A DNA stretch of 64,000 nucleotides from Candidatus Latescibacterota bacterium (GTDB lineage Bacteria > Latescibacterota > UBA2968 > GCA-2709665): the NCBI GenBank assembly GCA_965205485.1, contig OZ242180.1, positions 2,080,001 to 2,144,000 on the forward strand. The letters run 5' to 3'. The position numbers and the translations under genes were made by a program. Positions 61,884-64,000 of the stretch are shown piece by piece; within the stretch, counting starts at the first letter, position 1; each line of letters starts with the position of its first letter. Below the pieces are notes generated by a model, which made no database searches, was not told where the DNA came from, and saw nothing but the letters and a program-made list of their open reading frames with translations.

Positions 61884-62089
61884 GGGGAGACGGTAGAGGT
61901 GAGAAAATCGGGTAGAGGGAAGAGGGTAGACGGTAGAAGAAGCCCTTGCCCGCTGTGTTTTTCCTCCTTGCCTTCGGCACGACAAGAAACCTTAATAGGC
62001 AGGTAATCTCTCCCCTCTCCCGTCTTCCCTCTCACCGGGTGGTGGGTCCGGGTGTGGTCCTCTCCCCCTCTCCCGTCTTACGTCTACCC
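61884..62089. repeat. Heptamer-periodic inverted-arm repeat element
   Basis: Purine arm of (G/C)GG(T/G)AGA-like units facing pyrimidine arms of TCT(C/A)CC(C/G)-like units. Confidence 0.8.
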
Positions 62090-62144
62090 GCTTCTGAGGG
62101 GCCGGGATGATCACTCACGGACTTGACGTGGAAGGAGCATAGTC

Positions 62145-62702
62145 ATGTGGATACCTGATGCGAACGTCTCGCGACATCACGCCGACATCCTTACCGTGAT
62201 CAATTACTATCGCATGTTCGCCGGTGGGATGGACGTGGTTCTGTACCCGCCGGTGCGCCTCAATTACGGCGGGAAGTCGGACTGTATGGTCTATCCGAAC
62301 GTGGGCGTGATCGTGCGCAGAAACGGCCCCAGGCAGATCTGCAGAAAAAACCACGATCATCAGGTCTATGAAGGCCCGCCGAATTTCGTGCTGGAGATCG
62401 AGTCCAAGCATGGATTCACGGACCTGGGCAAGAAACGTCAGATCTATGAAGCGTCGGGGGTACAGGAGGGATTGTTCCTGGAAAACGGTAAACCGGCCAC
62501 GTGGTACCAGCTTCGAGGGGGGAAGTTCGAGGTACTCGGTCAGGAGCCGGCCGGCATCGTCGAGAGCAGGGCCCTTCCCGGATTCGTCCTTGACTTCGGT
62601 AAATTCAGGGAACACAGGTGGCTGCAGATGATGGAGGACATCAAGGTGAGTGTCGAGACGACGGATGTGCAGAGAGAGCTTGCGCAGGAATACGGAATGT
62701 GA
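62145..62702 (+). CDS. Uma2 family (PD-(D/E)xK) endonuclease-like protein
   Basis: AAGGAG RBS; P..SRHH, YEGPPNFVLEIES, D..KK..YEASGVQE, ESRALPGF.L. Confidence 0.8.
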   Translation: MWIPDANVSRHHADILTVINYYRMFAGGMDVVLYPPVRLNYGGKSDCMVYPNVGVIVRRNGPRQICRKNHDHQVYEGPPNFVLEIESKHGFTDLGKKRQIYEASGVQEGLFLENGKPATWYQLRGGKFEVLGQEPAGIVESRALPGFVLDFGKFREHRWLQMMEDIKVSVETTDVQRELAQEYGM

Positions 62703-62704
62703 GG

Positions 62705-62974
62705 ACGAGAATACGAATAGGCGAGAATACGAGAATACGAAAAACCAATACACAAGAATACGAGAATATGAGAGAACCAGAAGACGAATGATATATTCCC
62801 GCTTTTTCGTAGTTTCGCTCCTTCGTAGTTTCGTTCTTTCGTAGTCCCGCTTTTTCGTAGTATCGTTCTCTCGTAGTTTCGCCGTTTCGTTCTTTCGTAG
62901 TCTCGCGCTTTCGCCGTTTCGCTTTTTCGTAGTCTCGTTTTCTCGTAGTTTCGTTCCCTCGTAGTTTCGTAAAG
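62705..62974. repeat. Octamer-periodic bipartite repeat element, copy 2 (expanded)
   Basis: About 10 ACGAGAAT-like units, same core as 52317-52450, about 21 TCG(T)nnnn units. Confidence 0.92.
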
Positions 62975-63015
62975 CCCCGAAAAGTGACGAATCAAGGATA
63001 AATGGAGGAACAGCA

Positions 63016-64000
63016 ATGGCCAACAACGGATCGTTTAGGGTCGCCGATCTATGCGAGGCGGCAGCCAGCGGCGACGTGTCGAGGATCAAACGGATACTTG
63101 GCGAACAACCCGATCTGGTAAACGTACACATGGCGGAGAACAACGAACACCGCGCGATTCATTACGCGGTGATGAACCGGCACATCGATGCGGTCCGCAT
63201 TCTCATGGAAGCGGGCGCGGACCACAACTCCGGCATCTATCCCCACCGCGATGCCACCGGCGCGTTTACCATGGCCCGGGAACGCGGCCTGGACGACATC
63301 GTCCACGTGATCAGGGAAGAAGACGAAAGGCGCAAGCTGGCTGCCTGCAAGAATATCACCATCACCGACGAGAACGACGCGCTCTTCGAAGCCGTCAGGG
63401 AGGGTCGAGACGAGGCCGCGCTCGACGCTCTGGATCGGCATCCCGAATTGCTGGATGCCTGTCATCGCAACGGCGGGAGCGTCATTCACGCCGCGGCATC
63501 GCACGGTCGTTATCGACTTGTTCGCGAACTGCTCGATCGCGGCGCCGATATCACCCATCTCACGCCCGAGGGCCAATCGCCCCTCGACGGCGCGGTCCTT
63601 AATGTACGCGGGCGAAACAGGCCGCTCAACGAAGGGTGTCTGATCTGCGCGGGCATCCTGCTCCAGGCGGGATGCGAGCATTCCATCGAATCCGCCGTCG
63701 CCCTGGGGGATTTCGAGTTTGTTCGTGCGTTCGCGAAGGCGCATCCCGAACGCTTTCAGTCCGACGACAGTGAGCACAACGGCCTTCTGACGATCGCGGT
63801 CCAGAATGACAATATCGACATGGTGCGTATGCTGCTCGACCTCGGTCTGCACCCGGACGACAGGCATCAGCTGCACCACTACGAAACCAGGCCGTATTCG
63901 TGGGGCGGGCCCCTGTCCGATGCGGCGGGCAATTCCCGCTATGAAATTGCCGAACTCCTGCTGGAGCGGGGCGCCGATCCCAACGCCAGCATCTATGCCA
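63016..64000 (+). CDS. Ankyrin-repeat protein (runs off window end)
   Basis: GGAGG RBS; manual translation MANNGSF..LCEAAASGD..AIHYAVMNRH.DAVRILMEAGAD..IHAAASHG...LLDRGAD..LLERGADPN. Confidence 0.88.
   Translation, partial: MANNGSFRVADLCEAAASGDVSRIKRILGEQPDLVNVHMAENNEHRAIHYAVMNRHIDAVRILMEAGADHNSGIYPHRDATGAFTMARERGLDDIVHVIREEDERRKLAACKNITITDENDALFEAVREGRDEAALDALDRHPELLDACHRNGGSVIHAAASHGRYRLVRELLDRGADITHLTPEGQSPLDGAVLNVRGRNRPLNEGCLICAGILLQAGCEHSIESAVALGDFEFVRAFAKAHPERFQSDDSEHNGLLTIAVQNDNIDMVRMLLDLGLHPDDRHQLHHYETRPYSWGGPLSDAAGNSRYEIAELLLERGADPNASIYA

Noticed and set aside
62115..63143. Minus-strand ORFs with repetitive RNYE/TKLR peptides (also 52153-52650)
   Set aside because: They are translations of the octamer DNA repeat and overlap real plus-strand genes.

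Overview
A GC-rich bacterial chromosomal window. The T9SS/FlgD-Ig-type C-terminus, tandem MacB-type permeases and ankyrin protein suggest an FCB-group organism such as Latescibacterota or Gemmatimonadota; this is inference only. Housekeeping blocks are trpE-G-D-C, rlmH, ribD-E-BA-H-nusB-secA, CIRCE-groES-groEL, queC, acs, ECF sigma/anti-sigma/HtrA-like, a second sigma-70 factor, a short AICAR transformylase, lgt-yidD, hinT and queD. Accessory blocks are an S55 peptidase plus beta-propeller pair, a DUF2946-like uORF/lipoprotein/TonB-dependent receptor unit, a 5'-nucleotidase, and an NTase-uvrA-GNAT-VOC-2x permease run followed by Uma2 and ankyrin genes. Main observations not shown by the ORF track: (1) a complete attenuator upstream of trpE whose leader has 5 Tyr, 2 Phe and only 1 Trp codon; (2) a CxxC/RAPP arrest-type uORF heading a probable metal-uptake operon with a His-motif triple-repeat lipoprotein; (3) two tandem permease genes that both appear to start at ATT; (4) two copies of an octamer-periodic inverted-arm element plus a heptamer analogue; (5) two MITE families with visible target duplications; (6) a structured intergenic RNA candidate behind its own promoter; (7) an HtrA-like protein with a degenerate catalytic triad. 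All calls come from reading motifs by eye; no searches were run.
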